Shown here: in pieces, positions 44,025-58,940 of the stretch
Layout: each line of letters opens with the position of its first letter
Numbering within the stretch: the first letter of the stretch is position 1
NCBI RefSeq assembly: GCF_009914755.1
Contig: NC_060947.1
Source: the human T2T-CHM13v2.0 reference genome, Homo sapiens
Strand: one strand, 5' to 3'
Length of the DNA stretch: 64,000 nucleotides
Notes under the pieces: generated by a model
Told to the model about the DNA's origin: nothing
Database searches by the model: none
What the model saw: the letters and a program-made list of their open reading frames with translations, nothing else
Program-made: the position numbers and the translations under genes

Positions 44025-44184
44025 TTATAGATAGAGTCTACTGAATATAACTCCCATTTAGGTAATGAGTCTAGGTCCTCATTATGAACACTCCTATTCT
44101 GTGATGCCTATAATACCGTGTTCATAATGAGAACCTAGACTCATTACCTAAATGAGAGTTATATTCAGTAGACTCTATCTATAA
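44025..44184. repeat. Long inverted repeat: 67-bp arms, 26-bp spacer, 2 mismatches
   Basis: Left arm 44025-44091 is the reverse complement of 44118-44184 except at 44054/44155 and 44077/44132. Confidence 0.97.
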
Positions 44185-44449
44185 TGGAGAAAAAAAATCC
44201 TGATACTCTTTTAGACGATTGGAATACCTGCAGTGCTTGGCCACATATCTGGCTTTCCAGATTGATGAGGATCAAATCTTTCTACATCAGCATCAAAGGC
44301 AGACAACAGTTTTTGAAGTTTTTTCTATTGGCCTGAACATGAGTAGCTGGGGCAGGAAGTGGGGAAGTTGTACCTGGGACTGGAAGGTGTTTTGAGCCTG
44401 GTCTCTATATATGTGGTTACAACCAAGCTAAATTAGCAAAGGCTAGCTT

Positions 44450-44987
44450 ATTTCACTTAGCATAATGTCCTCCAGGTTCATCCATGTTATTGCAAATGAC
44501 AAGATTTTCTTCTTTTTTAAGTCTGAATATTACTCCATTATGTAAATATACCATATTTTCTTTATCCATTCATATGTTGATGAACACAGGTTGCTTCCAT
44601 ATCTTGGTTACTGTAAATGCTGCTACAATGAATATGGGAGTGCAGATATCTCTTCAAGATTCTGATCTCAATCCCTTTGGATAGATACCCAGTGGTAGGA
44701 TTGCTGGATTACATAGTAATTCTATTTTTAGTTTTTTGAGGAACCTCCACACTGTTTTCCATAATGGCTATATGAATTTATATTCCTACCAACAGTGTGC
44801 AAGGATTTCCTTTTCTCCACATTTTCCCCAATGCTTATTATATTTTGACCTTTTGGAAATAACTATTCTAACAGGTGTGAGGTGATATCTTATTATTGTT
44901 TTGATTTGTATTTCCCTAATGATTAAGGATGTTAAGCATTTTTTCATATACCTGTTGGCCATTTGTATGTCTTTATTCAGGTCCTTC
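44450..44987 (-). mobile_element. L1 (MA/PB-like) fragment truncated at both ends, with TSD
   Basis: Reverse L1 ORF2-end sequence; flanking AGCAAA(G/A)GCTAGCTT at 44435-44449 and 44988-45002; no poly(T). Confidence 0.85.
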
Positions 44988-45596
44988 AGCAAAAGCTAGC
45001 TTCTTTACAGTGCCCCTCTGAGTTGGCACCAAAAAACTTATGCCCCCTTCTGTTCTCTTTTTGCTAGACCTATGATATGGTAGAATTTATCAGCTTCCTG
45101 AAAGCCTGGCTGTTGAATCATCTTTTCCTAAAAAGAGCTTTTATAAAGAAATGGGAACAGAATTTGAATTTTCTTACTCCACGAGAGTTTTCTGGCTTTC
45201 TAAAAACAAGTACTGATGTGTTTGATTGAAGTACAAAAACAAATTTATTTATTTATTTGTTTATTTAGAGCAAGCTCACTTTCAGAAGAATAGTTTGGCT
45301 TGATGATTTTTGGTGATAGGGATACAATAATTCTTTCAATTCAAGGTCTTGTAGTCACAATTATGTTTGCCATGGGAAAAATTTACAAGATTTTTTGGTT
45401 TGTTTCATTTCATTTTGGCCAAACTTTCTATTCTGGAAGCGTAGAGTGAACGCAAGCAACTCTACAAACTTTGTAAACTTGAAGGAGATTCGTCTGCTGG
45501 CTGGAGCCAAGATTGCCAAAGCTTGTTCAATTTTTCTGCTGGTAGAAATGTGTACATACCTAAAATAATTACAGAATTATTTTAAAGTTTCTTCCT

Positions 45597-45870
45597 GGCT
45601 GGGCGCAGTGACACACCTGTAATCCCAGAACTTTGGGAGGCCGAGGGAGGAGAATTGCTTGAGGCTAGGAGTTTGACAGTCAGTTTGGGCAACATAGTGA
45701 GACAAAAAATTAGCCAGGCATGGCAGCGTGCACCTGTAATCCCAGCTGTTTGGGAAGCTAAGGTGAATCGCTTGAACCTAAGAAGTCTGAACTACAGTGA
45801 GCCTTGTTTGTGCCACTGCACTCCAGTCTGTGCAACAGAGTGAGACCCCATTTCTAATAAATAAATGAAT
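45597..45870 (+). mobile_element. AluJ SINE
   Basis: Degenerate Alu dimer; flanking TTTCTTCCT repeats. Confidence 0.85.
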
Positions 45871-46289
45871 GAACTTTCTTCCTACTCAGATGATTTTTAA
45901 AATGAACCACTGATTTATAAACACTCCCTTACTAAAATGGACAGCATCAACAATGGAAATTCTAACAAAAAGATGGCTTTATTCATTTGAGAATTAAGGA
46001 CATGCTGGAACATGCTTTTAATTGGAAGAATCTTGGAGAATCCTGAGGCGATTTGACATAAGTTTATTCTTATCTGGCAAAGCTGCATGAGCTCTGATTT
46101 AGTTTGTCAAACTATATAATTTTGTGAGTTATCATTGTCAGCATTTGTGGCCATCAAAAGTCAAGTAATTTGTTGAACTCAAATGTATCTGTTGCTATAT
46201 AAATTTTAAGGTCTTTTACAAAACAAAGACATTATTATTAAAATTTACCTTTTAGCAAAATTAAAATTTATTCTTATTTTGACAATTTG

Positions 46290-46412
46290 TTTTTTTTTTA
46301 TTTTTATTTTTATTTTATTATTATTATACTTTAAGTTTTAGGGTACATGTGCACAACGTGCAGGTTTGTTACATATGTATACATGTGCCGTTTGGTGTGC
46401 TGCACCCATTAA
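46290..46412 (-). mobile_element. Very short L1PA 3' end
   Basis: ttattatactttaagttttagggtacatgtgcacaacgtgcagg. Confidence 0.9.
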
Positions 46413-46582
46413 GTGTGTTTTCATGAGTGAAAGAGACATAATTTTTTAAATGTTATATTTATGTGAAATAAACAGTATAATTATTAGCATTTTCTGAAAG
46501 AAGGGTATAATTTAAATCAAATTATCAGAGTGGTTTGCAAATCCAAAGAGGTTAGGGACCTTGGCATTAAATTACCTTGCTT

Positions 46583-47132
46583 TAGAGCTACCATTTGACC
46601 CAGCAATCTCATTACTGGGTATATACCCAAAGGAAAATAAATCATTCTATGATGAAGACACATGCACATGATGTTCATTGCAGCACTCTTTACAATAGCA
46701 AAGACGTGGAAACAACCTATGTGCCCATCAGCGGTAGACTGATAAAGAAAATGTGGTACATATAAACCACGGAATACTATGTAGCAATAAAAAAGAATGT
46801 GATCATGTTCTTTGCAGGAACATGGATGAAGCTGGAGGTCATTATTCTTAGCAAACTAATGCAGGAACAGAAAACCAAATGCTGCATGTTCTCACTTATA
46901 AGTGGGAGCTAAATGATGAGAACACACGGACACGTAGAAGGGAACAACAGACACGGGGGCCTACCTGAGTGTAGAGGGTGGAAGGAGGGTGAGGGTCAGG
47001 AAAAATAACTAATGGGTATTAGGCTTAATACCTGGGTGATTAAATAATCTGTACAACTAATCCCTGTGACATGAGTTTACCTATATAACAAACTTGCACA
47101 TGTACTGCAGAACTAAAAATAAAAGTTAAAAA
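46583..47132 (+). mobile_element. Older L1PA 3' end
   Basis: ctaccatttgacccagcaatc...aacttgcacatgtactgcagaactaaaaataaaagtt. Confidence 0.9.
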
Positions 47133-47583
47133 CAGTGATTTTGTTTTTCAAATAATTATTATTTATTAATTAAATTATTGAATTATTTATTAATTCAGCA
47201 GTACTACTTCTAGGTATTTACCCTGGGGAAGTAATGAAAAATTTAAGTATCAAGATGTTCATCATAGTGTTAATTATAATAATGAAAAATTAAAAACAAC
47301 TTAATTTCTCGACATTAGGGGAAAATGAAATATCCAGATAGAATATCACATAGCCATTTAACATTATACTTTAAAACCTTTTCAATAACATAAGAGGGTA
47401 CTTATGGTATAATCAAGTTAAAATGATGCAAAAATCATATAAATATTATTTCAACTACATAAAAATTTATAAAAACATTTGGAAAGATTTTTGTTAAATT
47501 TTTAGCAGTGATTATCTCAAAACGGTAGGATTATGAAAAGACCATTTCTTTTGTAATACATTTTTTACAAAATTTACAAAATG

Positions 47584-48190
<607 letters not shown>

Positions 48191-49421
48191 AATGCATATG
48201 CTTTATTTTTATAATCAATGTGGAACATATTAAAAACAAAAGAATTCATACAGAGAGCATTTGGCTCAGTAATCTCTGTAACATATATGTTATTTCAAAA
48301 GTCCCTCCAATTAAAGAAATAATAATTTATGAGGAAGAAATAAGTCTGAAAATAAATTTTATTCATGCTTCAACATTAGGCAGTTCGAAACTGAAGCATT
48401 AAGCACTGATGTTTTCTCTAGATTTTGTGACAGGCACATAAAATTCTGTGTTTCCAGAGCTATACATTGGCAATGAACACACAAAACTCACTGGTTTTTA
48501 TTTGTTTGTTTTCAATGAAGGTTTAGAATGTTTTCGTATTTGAATTCTTCAAATAATCTGCAGTCAGTTGTCAGGAAATATAAAAATAAAAATGTGGCAA
48601 GTATCTATTTTTAAATCACTGCGATTCTTCCTGGAGCATTTCCACTGAAAGCACAAAGGATACAGAAATCTAAGTTAAGCACATTTGGGAGTACAGAAGA
48701 ATCTCAAGCAACATAGTCTCTCATTAGCTAGATGTGTTCAGATAGCTTGGTAGAATTTTGCCTATGGCTATAAGAGCTGTGTGGCTCCAGAGAATCAATT
48801 TCAGTTCTCTCTTTGGGATTCACTGGTATACAAAGTTCTTCGGAGGATTCTTTTTCTCACTAGAAATACTTTCTCTTCTTACCTAACCTAACCTGTATCC
48901 CTCAAAAATATAAGCCATTTACCTAACATTTTTATAAAACTTGATAGTGAAAAGAGTCCAGAAACTGACATGGAAGAAACTATATCATAAAACCATGGAG
49001 ACACTTATTTTGTTATATAAAATTTTAGAGTATGCAGATGTACTGTCTGATATATATGGTTCAATTTAAAGAAAATATAATTGATGCAGGGTGGACACAA
49101 TGATATGTTAAAATTTGCTGAAAGACAGAAAAATAATATAAATGTATTTATTACAACTGAACTGTACACTTAAAAGTGGTAAAGATGGTAAATTATAAAT
49201 GTATATTTTACCTCAATAAATTTTTTTGAATTTCATTATAGTGTTGTCACTGGTCGACTTTAGCTCTTCAAGTTCACGTTCAATATTAAGAGGACTTTAT
49301 TTTATTCTTCCAAAAACCTGAATTTGAAAATTGTATGGGTCACCACTAAATGGCAGTGGCACTTTGGTTATTACTAAAATCAAACAAACTAAACTACAGG
49401 GTTGTTTAACATTTATGTGGG

Positions 49422-49743
<322 letters not shown>

Positions 49744-49771
49744 TTATGTGGGATTTAAAGAATTCAGGCAG

Positions 49772-50085
49772 GGGCTTGGCATGGTGGCTGACGCCTGTAA
49801 TCCCAGCACTTTGGGAGGCCGAGGCAGGCAGATCACTAGAGGTCAGGAGTTTGAGACCAGCCTGGCCAACATGGCAAAACCCCTTCTCTACCAAAACTAC
49901 AAAAATTAGCTGGGTGTGGTAGTGCATGCCTGTAATCCCAGCTACTCAGGAAGCTGAAGCAGAAGAATCGCTTGACCTAGGAGGCGAAGGTTGCAGTGAG
50001 CTGAGATCGCACCACTGCACTCCAGCCTGGGCAACAGAGTGAGACCCTGTCTCCACCCCCAAACCCTTCCAAAAAAAAAAAAAAT
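49772..50085 (+). mobile_element. AluS SINE
   Basis: Alu dimer. Confidence 0.9.
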
Positions 50086-50310
50086 CAGGCAGGATAGGGT
50101 AGGGCCTGCTGACTGGAGTTTAGTGGTACAGTAGCTGACTGTAGCCACCACAGGGAGAAACAGGCCATGTGTCTTTCTGTAGGTGTGGAAGTAGGTGGGT
50201 ATGTAGGGAGTAGGTAGAAGGTGAGTTTCACCAGTCTCTAAGGGACTTCGACTAGAGCTTTGCTATCAAGTGAAAAGTCATTCTATCATTTCATAAACAA
50301 AGTCTCTCTA

Positions 50311-50759
<449 letters not shown>

Positions 50760-50852
50760 TTAAGAGACATGCTGAGGTAAGTTAGACTATAGAGAGAGGC
50801 AGGGATTGGAGCTGAATCCTCAGAATAGAGATGTAAGGATAGAGTTGAATAA

Positions 50853-51298
50853 TACTATTTTGGACTGAATTGTGTCCCTCCAGAATTTACATGTTGAAGC
50901 TCTAATCTTCATGGTGAGTGAATTTGGAAAAGGGGCTTTAAGGACATAATTAGGGTTCAGTGAGATAATAAGTGTGGGGCTCTAATCCAAAAGGAGTGGT
51001 ATCCATATAAGAGGAAGAAACACCAGCGACCTCTCCCTCTCCCCTTTTCTGTTTCCTTTTCTCTGTCTCTCTCCCTCTTTCTCTCTGTGTATGTACACAT
51101 ATGTACAGAGGAGGGGCCATGTGAAGACACAGGGTAAAGACAGCCACTGGCAAGCCAGGAAGAGAGCTCTCACCAGAAATCAGTTCTGACACCTTGATCT
51201 TGGACCTCCAGCCTCCAGAATTGTGAGAAAATACATTTTGTTTACTTAAGCCATCTAGTCTGTGGTATATTGCTATGGCCACCCCAGTAGACTAATAC
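50853..51298 (+). mobile_element. MLT1A/B-like solo LTR
   Basis: ggactgaattgtgtccctccagaatttacatgttgaagc...aagccatctagtctgtggtatattgctatggcc..gactaatac. Confidence 0.85.
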
Positions 51299-52402
51299 GA
51301 GTACATAATCCATGACCCTGAGCAGCTGGAGAGGAGCCAAAGAGATAACTGATTCTGATGCTGAGCTCATCTGAAGTGCTGAGTTGGGGGCTCTTACCTC
51401 TGGCTCTTCTGGTTTACAAGGGGTAAGGTGCCTCAGGGTCATGTTAGGTGGGTTCTAATTGCCACTTCCTCAGTAATAGCATTCTTCCAACACCGACACT
51501 GAGCACTTTTTAAATAAGTTTTTATTTATTGGATTTAAAGTGATGTCATGATAGATCTGAAAATGACAACGGATAAAGGGATGGGATTTAAAGGAAAAGT
51601 AGATATATTTTTGTAGTAGAGAGTACAGGTATATTAAAGATGTATTATAAGAATTGAGAAGAGAAAGTGTTGTTTGTGTGTCACATGGATAGAAAGTGAC
51701 AGTGGAAAACCTGTATAATGAACCTCACAAGAACTAGATATTATATAGAATGACAGAAATCATTTTCTAAAGAATGGGTTTTAAATAGTCCCACTAAATG
51801 AAATTGGCACTCTAAGGAGAAAGAAAGACAATTAGTAAAGGGAACTTTTTTTTCTTTCCTCCATAGATACAAAGGAACAAAGAACTCAGCAATTACAGAA
51901 ATTCTTCCCAGAATATCAGTTTTATGATTTACCAGAACCCATTCTGACCCTTAGAGAAAAGATTAACACCTTCTGTGATGTCAGGAATTGAGAATACAGG
52001 GATAAATGAATATGAATTCCCCGTAGAAGATGAGTGAGCAGGAAGAATAAAAATGGTAAGATTCTTGCAATCTCAAGTCATGAGCATGATTCAAAGACAT
52101 ATGTACTCTCTTTTGTATAAGAAGTTGACATCTTTTGGTCATTTATTAGGAGAAATATTGTTTTTCCCCTAGGATACTCTGTTCTGAGTCCTCCACATTC
52201 CCTTAGAAACATACATTTGCACGTTATTGGATAGGGGATGTAGCCTGTGACAAGGGAAAATCAGATTTTTCTCCCTGATTACCAAACAGCCTACAAAAAA
52301 CACATTGGCAATTCCATATTCAAGCTTAGATTAGGGAGAATAACTAGTCCAGCCTAGGAGACAGAAAGTCCACTAGCAATAATATGTAGTAGGGCCGGAC
52401 TC

Positions 52403-53547
52403 GCCAAGGTAATACTAAGCAAAAACAACAAAACTGGAGGCATCACTTTATCTGACCTCAAATTATACTACAAGTCTACAGTAACCCAAACAGCAAGGTA
52501 CTGGCATAAAAATAGACACATAGGTCAAGAGAACAGAATAGAGAACCCATAAATAAAGCCATGTATCTACAGCTAACCGATCTTTGCCAAAGCTGACAAA
52601 AACATAGCCTGGGGAAAGGACACTCTATTCAATAAATGGTGTTGGGATGGACTGCCATATTCAGAAGAATGGTGTTGGGATGGATTGCCATATTCAGAAG
52701 AATGAAACTGGACCCCTGTCTTTCACCATATACAAAAATCAGCTCAAGATGGATTAAAGACTTAAGTGTAAGACCTGAGAATATAAAAATACTAGAAGGA
52801 AACCAAGGGAAAACTTGTCTGGACATTGATTAGTCTAGGCAAAGAATTCATGACTAAGACCTCAAAAGCACAAAGAACGAAAATAAACAAATAGGACTTA
52901 ATTCAACTAAAAGCTTCTGTACAGCAAAAGAAATAATCAACAGAGTGAAAAGACAACATACAGAATGGGAGAAAATATTTGCAAACTATTCACCCAACAG
53001 GGGACTAATATCCAGAATTTACAAGCAACTCAAACAACTCAACAAAAAAATTCAGATAACCCCATTAAAAAGTGGGCAAAGGATATGAATAGACATTTCT
53101 CCAAAAAAGACATACAAATGGCCAACTGGAGTATGAAAAAATGATGAATATCATTAATCATTAAAGAAACACAAATTAAAACCACAATGAGATACCATCT
53201 CACACCAGTCAGGATGGCTGAAAAAAGTCAAAAAAAAAAAACAAAAAAAAAACCCAACCAAGGAACAGATGTTGGTGAGTGGAGAAAAGGAAAGCTTATA
53301 CGCTGTTAGTGGGAATTTAAATTAATACAACCTCTGTGGAAAACGGTATGGAGATATCTCAAAGAACTAAAAATAGAACCACCATTTGATCAAGCAATAC
53401 CATTACTAGGTGTCTACCCAAAGGAAAATAAATTATTATATCACAAAGATACCTGCACATATATGTTTATTGTGACACTATTCACTATAGCAAAGATATG
53501 GAGTCAAAAACTGTGTCCATCAATGGATGATTGGATTAAGAAAATGT

Positions 53548-53590
<43 letters not shown>

Positions 53591-53940
53591 CACGGAAGAG
53601 ATTCAGCCATTGAAAAGAATGAAATCATGTCTTTTGCAAAAACACAGATGGAACTGGAGGCCATTATCTCAAGTGAAATAATTCAGAAACAGTTAAAAAC
53701 CATCTCACTCATAAATGGGAACTAAATAATATGTACATATGGACATATAGTGTGGAATGATAGATACTGGAGACTTGAAAGGGGGGTGGGGGTAGGAGGG
53801 AGGTGAGGAATGAGAAATTACTCAGTGAGTACAGTGTGTATTATTTGAGTGATGGTTACACTAAAAGTGCAGACTTCACAACTATGCAGTATATCCATGT
53901 AACAAAACTGCACTTGTACTCCTTAAATGTATACAAAACA
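52403..53940 (+). mobile_element. 5'-truncated L1PB/MA (~1.5 kb)
   Basis: ORF2 C-terminal relic ([20 protein letters not shown]) plus 3'UTR; TSD AATAATATGTA(G/A)TA at 52378-52391 and 53989-54002; internal (CA)n at ~53550-53586. Confidence 0.9.
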
Positions 53941-55074
53941 GAATATTTATCTTGTATCATTACAGGTGAATTAAAAAGAAAAATAGAAAATAATATGTAA
54001 TAATATAATATTTATAATTAAACATTACTATAATATTTTAACATACCAGCTTTCCCTTCTCTAGTATAACTTTTTAATAACACAGAAACTATGTGTTAAA
54101 TAATTACTATCAGTAAAATTTCTTTCATCTGTACAGTTTGATATACATCATCATCCAAGTTTCTTAGGCTTTGCCACCTAATACTTTTTTTCTTGGTATT
54201 ATTCACAACTTAAATAATTATGTACATTATATTTTCTGTGCTCCTAAAAATAAAGTGCTGCCTTCTTATTAATTGGAAAGAAAAAATTGTACTGTGCTGT
54301 TTACCACTTGTACTAGGCACAGTGCCAGTAGGGCATAAAACCCAAGCAGGAAAAGATAGACCGTAATGTACATGGTCTATGTTTGTATTGCTATGAAATA
54401 ATGTATCATTCTGGGAAAGGGTACGATAAAGAAATTTTCACCAATTTCACCTTTGGGTTTTTGTGTTGAAATCGACCAGATATTGGAGATGTTGGAGATG
54501 ACCCATAGTAAAATATAATGTTTATCAAGGCTAGTCCAAGATTCAAGGCCAGACAAGCTTCAAACTTGATTCCGTAACATGATTTGAAAGTAGAAAGCAG
54601 TATTCGAGGGAGGGTATTTATGATACAAGACAGTGCTGTCTTTAAGAGCAGAGCTCTAAATTGAAGTCCTTTACACCCTATAAGCATTTTGCTGTTCACT
54701 TTATATAAGCATATATATTGTTTTCAAACTGTTCCCATGTTTTACATTTGTTAAATGCAGAATGTAAGATGATATTATAGGGCAGAGATCTTTGTTTTAT
54801 TTACTGGTGTATTTTGTGTGTTTAGAATAGAGCCTAGCACATAGCAGAAACTTAATGAATGTTTAATAGATAATTGAAGTGGATATATTTTTGTCCCAAC
54901 TGAGATATAAGCTCTTCAAGGATAGACACTCGTACAAAAGTAGTTTATAATCCATGTAATGTGTGATAGTATGTAAGGTGTTGCAAACACTATAGCCATC
55001 ATTATTATATGCCTCTGTTTCCCCAAAATGAAGTACAAGTCACCGCATATATATGGACACTCAATCAATACTAC

Positions 55075-55240
55075 TTAAGGTTTTAGTGTAACATATTCCT
55101 TCAGGAATCTGATAAAAGCTATACCTGTTTTCCCCCAAAGAAATGTACATTCTGATACGTTTTGCAGACGATTTCAGGGAGTTTAGGAAGCAAACCTCTG
55201 AAGCTGTCCATGTATGCCTGTTGGGTCCACATAAGTTTAT
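55075..55240 (+). mobile_element. MER117-like hAT relic
   Basis: gaatctgataaaagctat..ttttgcagacgatttcaggg..ctgaagctgtccatg. Confidence 0.55.
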
Positions 55241-56512
55241 CAGAGTTTCTTAATAAGCCAAGAAAACAAAAAGAATGGCAGGACTCCAGGGCAGGATTGA
55301 GGGCTATTGGCCAAAAAAGTAAGAACAGTAAAAGAGTGTTTTAGTATCATCTAGGAAACCAGGCAGGATATCTCCAGAAGGCTAATTGCATGGGCACAGG
55401 CCAGACAGCTGAAAAGAATCTGCATGGTTTGTTTTCCCCTTTTTTTCCAGAAAAAGCCACTGTGCCTTGGGTACCTGTAAACTTTTCCAAGTGCCCTTCT
55501 CTTTCAAGGGTTTATTTGTCTTGCTTTGTAGAGTAACCTCACCCTAAGTAGGACTCCAGTTTTTATGTTCTTTGGCACCTGACACATTCTCAGAGATTGA
55601 CTAAGTATATGTGTAAAACATGTCAGAGTCTACAAGTAAAAATATGACTTGAAAAAATGATTGAAAGAATATTACTTTATTGCTATTGCTCAGTTTTATT
55701 CTTAGTAATCTGTCAATTCTAATCTGGCATGTTCTGCCCCTTCTGTGTGCATTCATCCCTATGGCTCTTTGGTAACTACTTTTTCTCTTTAAATCTTATT
55801 GTAACCCTAGTGCTTTCTCCATCTGCATGGCTGATGCAATATTTCTGATTCTGGAATGTTAAACAATGGAACATATTATTTTAGTTAGAAAGACTAGAAC
55901 ATCCCTAAGTATGAAAATGTAGCTCCATATTTTAAAAGAAAATAAGGTACTCCTAACTTACATTTATCAATTTCTAGAAATTAATTATCTCAATGGTTTA
56001 CAATATTGAAATAGAAAATGTATCATCAGAATTTAAGTATTCAATAAAAATTATGGTTTTTTTCACCCATCAAACACCATAATTGAAAAAAGGGATGGTA
56101 TCTAGTTATATAAATTAATGCAAACTTTTAAATATTTTTTTCAGTAGTTCTGTCACTCATTTCTCTTCTACAATGTATTAAAAGGGATTTGTGTATTTGG
56201 GAGGAAGATAATACAGGGGATAAGATCAAAGATCTTCCTGAATTCTGGTCAAAGCCAATCTGTTGTTGTTACTACTTTACCAGTAGAATTTGAGACAGAA
56301 TTGTGTAACTAAATGAAGCCACAGTGATTCTTCTGACCTAAAAAGCATTTTGCAATGAATTGTACGTAGCTAACATTTCTTTAATGTTGACTCCATATTT
56401 CTTTTCCCCCCTACCAAGAATCTCTTCTACTTGTACTATATTGAATTTTCAACTTTTAAAAATATGCAGGGAGAAAGAAATTTTGTTCCATGCAGAAGAA
56501 AGAAATCTGGCT

Positions 56513-56698
56513 GTGTGTTAGTCCATTCACCATTGCTATAAAGATCTGCCTAAGACTGGGTAATTTATAAAGAAAAGAGGTTTAATTGACTCACAGTTTC
56601 ACAGGCTGCACAGGAGGCATGGCTTGGGAGGCCTTAAGAAACTTACAAGCATGGCAGAAGGCCAAAGAGGAAGCAAGCACGTCTTCTCATGGTGTCAG

Positions 56699-56730
<32 letters not shown>

Positions 56731-56930
56731 AGTGGGAAGTACTCCTAACTTACATTTAAGTACATTGAAGTACACACTTTCCAACAACCAGAACTTACGA
56801 GAACTCGTGAGAACACCAGGGGAGAAATCCACCCCCATGATCCAATCACCTCCCACCAAGTCCCTCCTGCAACAATGGCGATACAATGCAACATGAGATT
56901 TGAGTGGGGACACAGAAACAAACCATATTA
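56513..56930 (-). mobile_element. MST solo LTR
   Basis: tgtgttagtccattcaccattgctataaag...acaaaccatatta. Confidence 0.85.
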
Positions 56931-57191
56931 CTATGAAAAGACCATGAATCTACTAAAATAACATATTTTATTTCCCAGTTAACTCTGCCAGTTTTGAAAG
57001 AGTCAAAGGTAAGATCTGTGAGCTGCCTATAGATCAAGAATGCTGTGAGTGAGGCTGTTACTTAGATCACTGTTACATTGATTTGGTAAATTGTAAAACA
57101 AATTGTTTTTATTGAAATAACACTAATGGTAAAATTTAGCATAGACTCGTGGACATATGAAAATTGTTGAGCACATCATCATTGCATAATA

Positions 57192-57397
57192 CAGTCACGT
57201 TTTGTATAACGGCGTTTCAATGATGGAACACATATATGACAGTGGTCCCATAAGGTTATAATACAGCTATATAATGGAGTAGACTACATACAACATGTAG
57301 GTTTGTGTACGTACACTCCATGATCTTCACACAATGAGAAATCGCCTGATGACACATTTTTCAGAACATATCCCCATTTTTAAGTGATGCATGTCTG
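57192..57397 (-). mobile_element. Tigger3-type MITE
   Basis: CAGTCACG...ATGTCTG ends with TA duplications at 57190-57191 and 57398-57399. Confidence 0.75.
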
Positions 57398-57784
57398 TAT
57401 ATTATAAACTCTCTCAGGAAAAATTCTCATCTGGACTGAGTTTCAAGTGAAATTGAAGTTCTTCTGAGAAAATGGTCTGTTGTTATATAATACTATGATA
57501 TCATAAATTATGGAACTCATAAGATTTCCCTCTTTGCATTGGCTGCTAGAAAGCCTAGAGCCCACTTGAAATAATATGCATCTATAAGATGTAGTTTTAT
57601 GTTTGCCTCAGTCTTAGGTTTCATTTTAGGTTCCTATTCTTATGTTGTGTTTTCCCCTTTCATGCCTATATTTAATTTATACTATCATGTTTTATGGTTT
57701 GCATCCTTCTACACTATTTTCACCTTTTTGAAACAAAGCAGATTATAAATAAAGAAATAAGGATGGTCTGCAAATAGATTGTTA

Positions 57785-58264
57785 ACTGGCTACAACAGAT
57801 GTCATAACAAGTTTGTGTAATAGTTTAAACAATGAAAAATTTATTGTGTTACAGTTCTGTAAGTCAGAAGTCCAAAAAAGTTCTCACTGGGCTAAATTCA
57901 GGATAGTTAGCAGGACTATGTACCTTTCTGGAGGCTCTAGGGGAAAATCTGTTTCATTTCCTTTTCCAGCTTCTAGAGGCTACCTGTATTCCTTGGCTCG
58001 TGGTCTCTCCTTCCATCTTCAAAATTAGCACTATCACATCTAGCTGTGTTTCTGTAGTCATCTCTCTCTCTCACTACATCCTGGAAAGGTTCTATACTTT
58101 TAAGAACCCTTGTGATTACATACCCAGATAATCCAGGATAATCTCTTATCTCTTACCCTTCATCACATCTGCAAAGTCCCTCATGCCAGGTAAGGTATCA
58201 TTTTCACAGGTTCCAGGAGTTAGGATGTATACATCCCTGGGAAGGCATTATTATGCCTACCATA
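57785..58264 (-). mobile_element. MLT1 (MLT1D-like) solo LTR
   Basis: acagttctgtaagtcagaagtcc..ctggaggctctaggggaaaatctg..ttatgcctaccata. Confidence 0.8.
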
Positions 58265-58724
58265 TTAACCCCAACTAGTTATTAAGAGAAGAAAAAAAAT
58301 GCTTTTTACAAGAGATAGTTAAATTTTCATTCATAATAATGGTTAAATACTAAAATCTCAAAAGATTTTTCTGTGGATAAAGAATATAGTGCTTAGATTA
58401 GAGGGAGAAAAACATGTTCTCATAAATCTTTAATACCAAATTAAGAAGGATGTAGGAAAGGCTAGACTAAATTAATTTAAAAAAATTCTTTAGTATTTTA
58501 AAATGTGGTGTTTCAGGAAATCTCAGTTTGAGAAATGGACTATCTGAGGAACTACAATATTTGGACATTTCTGCAAGGTTGGTAGAGTAGATTTGCAAGA
58601 ACACAATTTTCATGTAGGACCAAAAATCTTAGTATTGTAAATATTATTTTTGGATATTTAAGATATTTTATATCTAAAAAAAATCTGTAAGAGAAAAATT
58701 ACTGTTAGGGATATACACTAAACA

Positions 58725-58940
58725 AGCATTGGCAAACAAGAGCTAATTGGCCAAGTCCAAGTTTGGAATATGTTTTTGTATGACCTTTAGCTAAAAATGT
58801 TTTTTGCATTTTAAAAAGCTTGTTAAAAAGAAAACAACAACAACACGAAAAACTGTTAAGTGACAGAGAACATATATGGCACACAAAGGCCAAACTATTT
58901 ATTATCTGGCTCTTTATTTAAACAGTTTGCCAGCCCCTGT
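58725..58940 (+). mobile_element. MER58-like hAT relic
   Basis: gcattggcaaac...tatttattatctggctctttatttaaacagtttgccagcccctg. Confidence 0.65.

Noticed and set aside
49341-49360. CTCF-like CCACTAAATGGCAG
   Set aside because: Mismatch at a core G and no supporting context.
54360-54700. 97-aa ORF in a patch with several CpGs; possible pseudogene
   Set aside because: No recognisable protein, poly(A) tail or TSD, and a non-ATG start; a BLAST search would be needed to say more.
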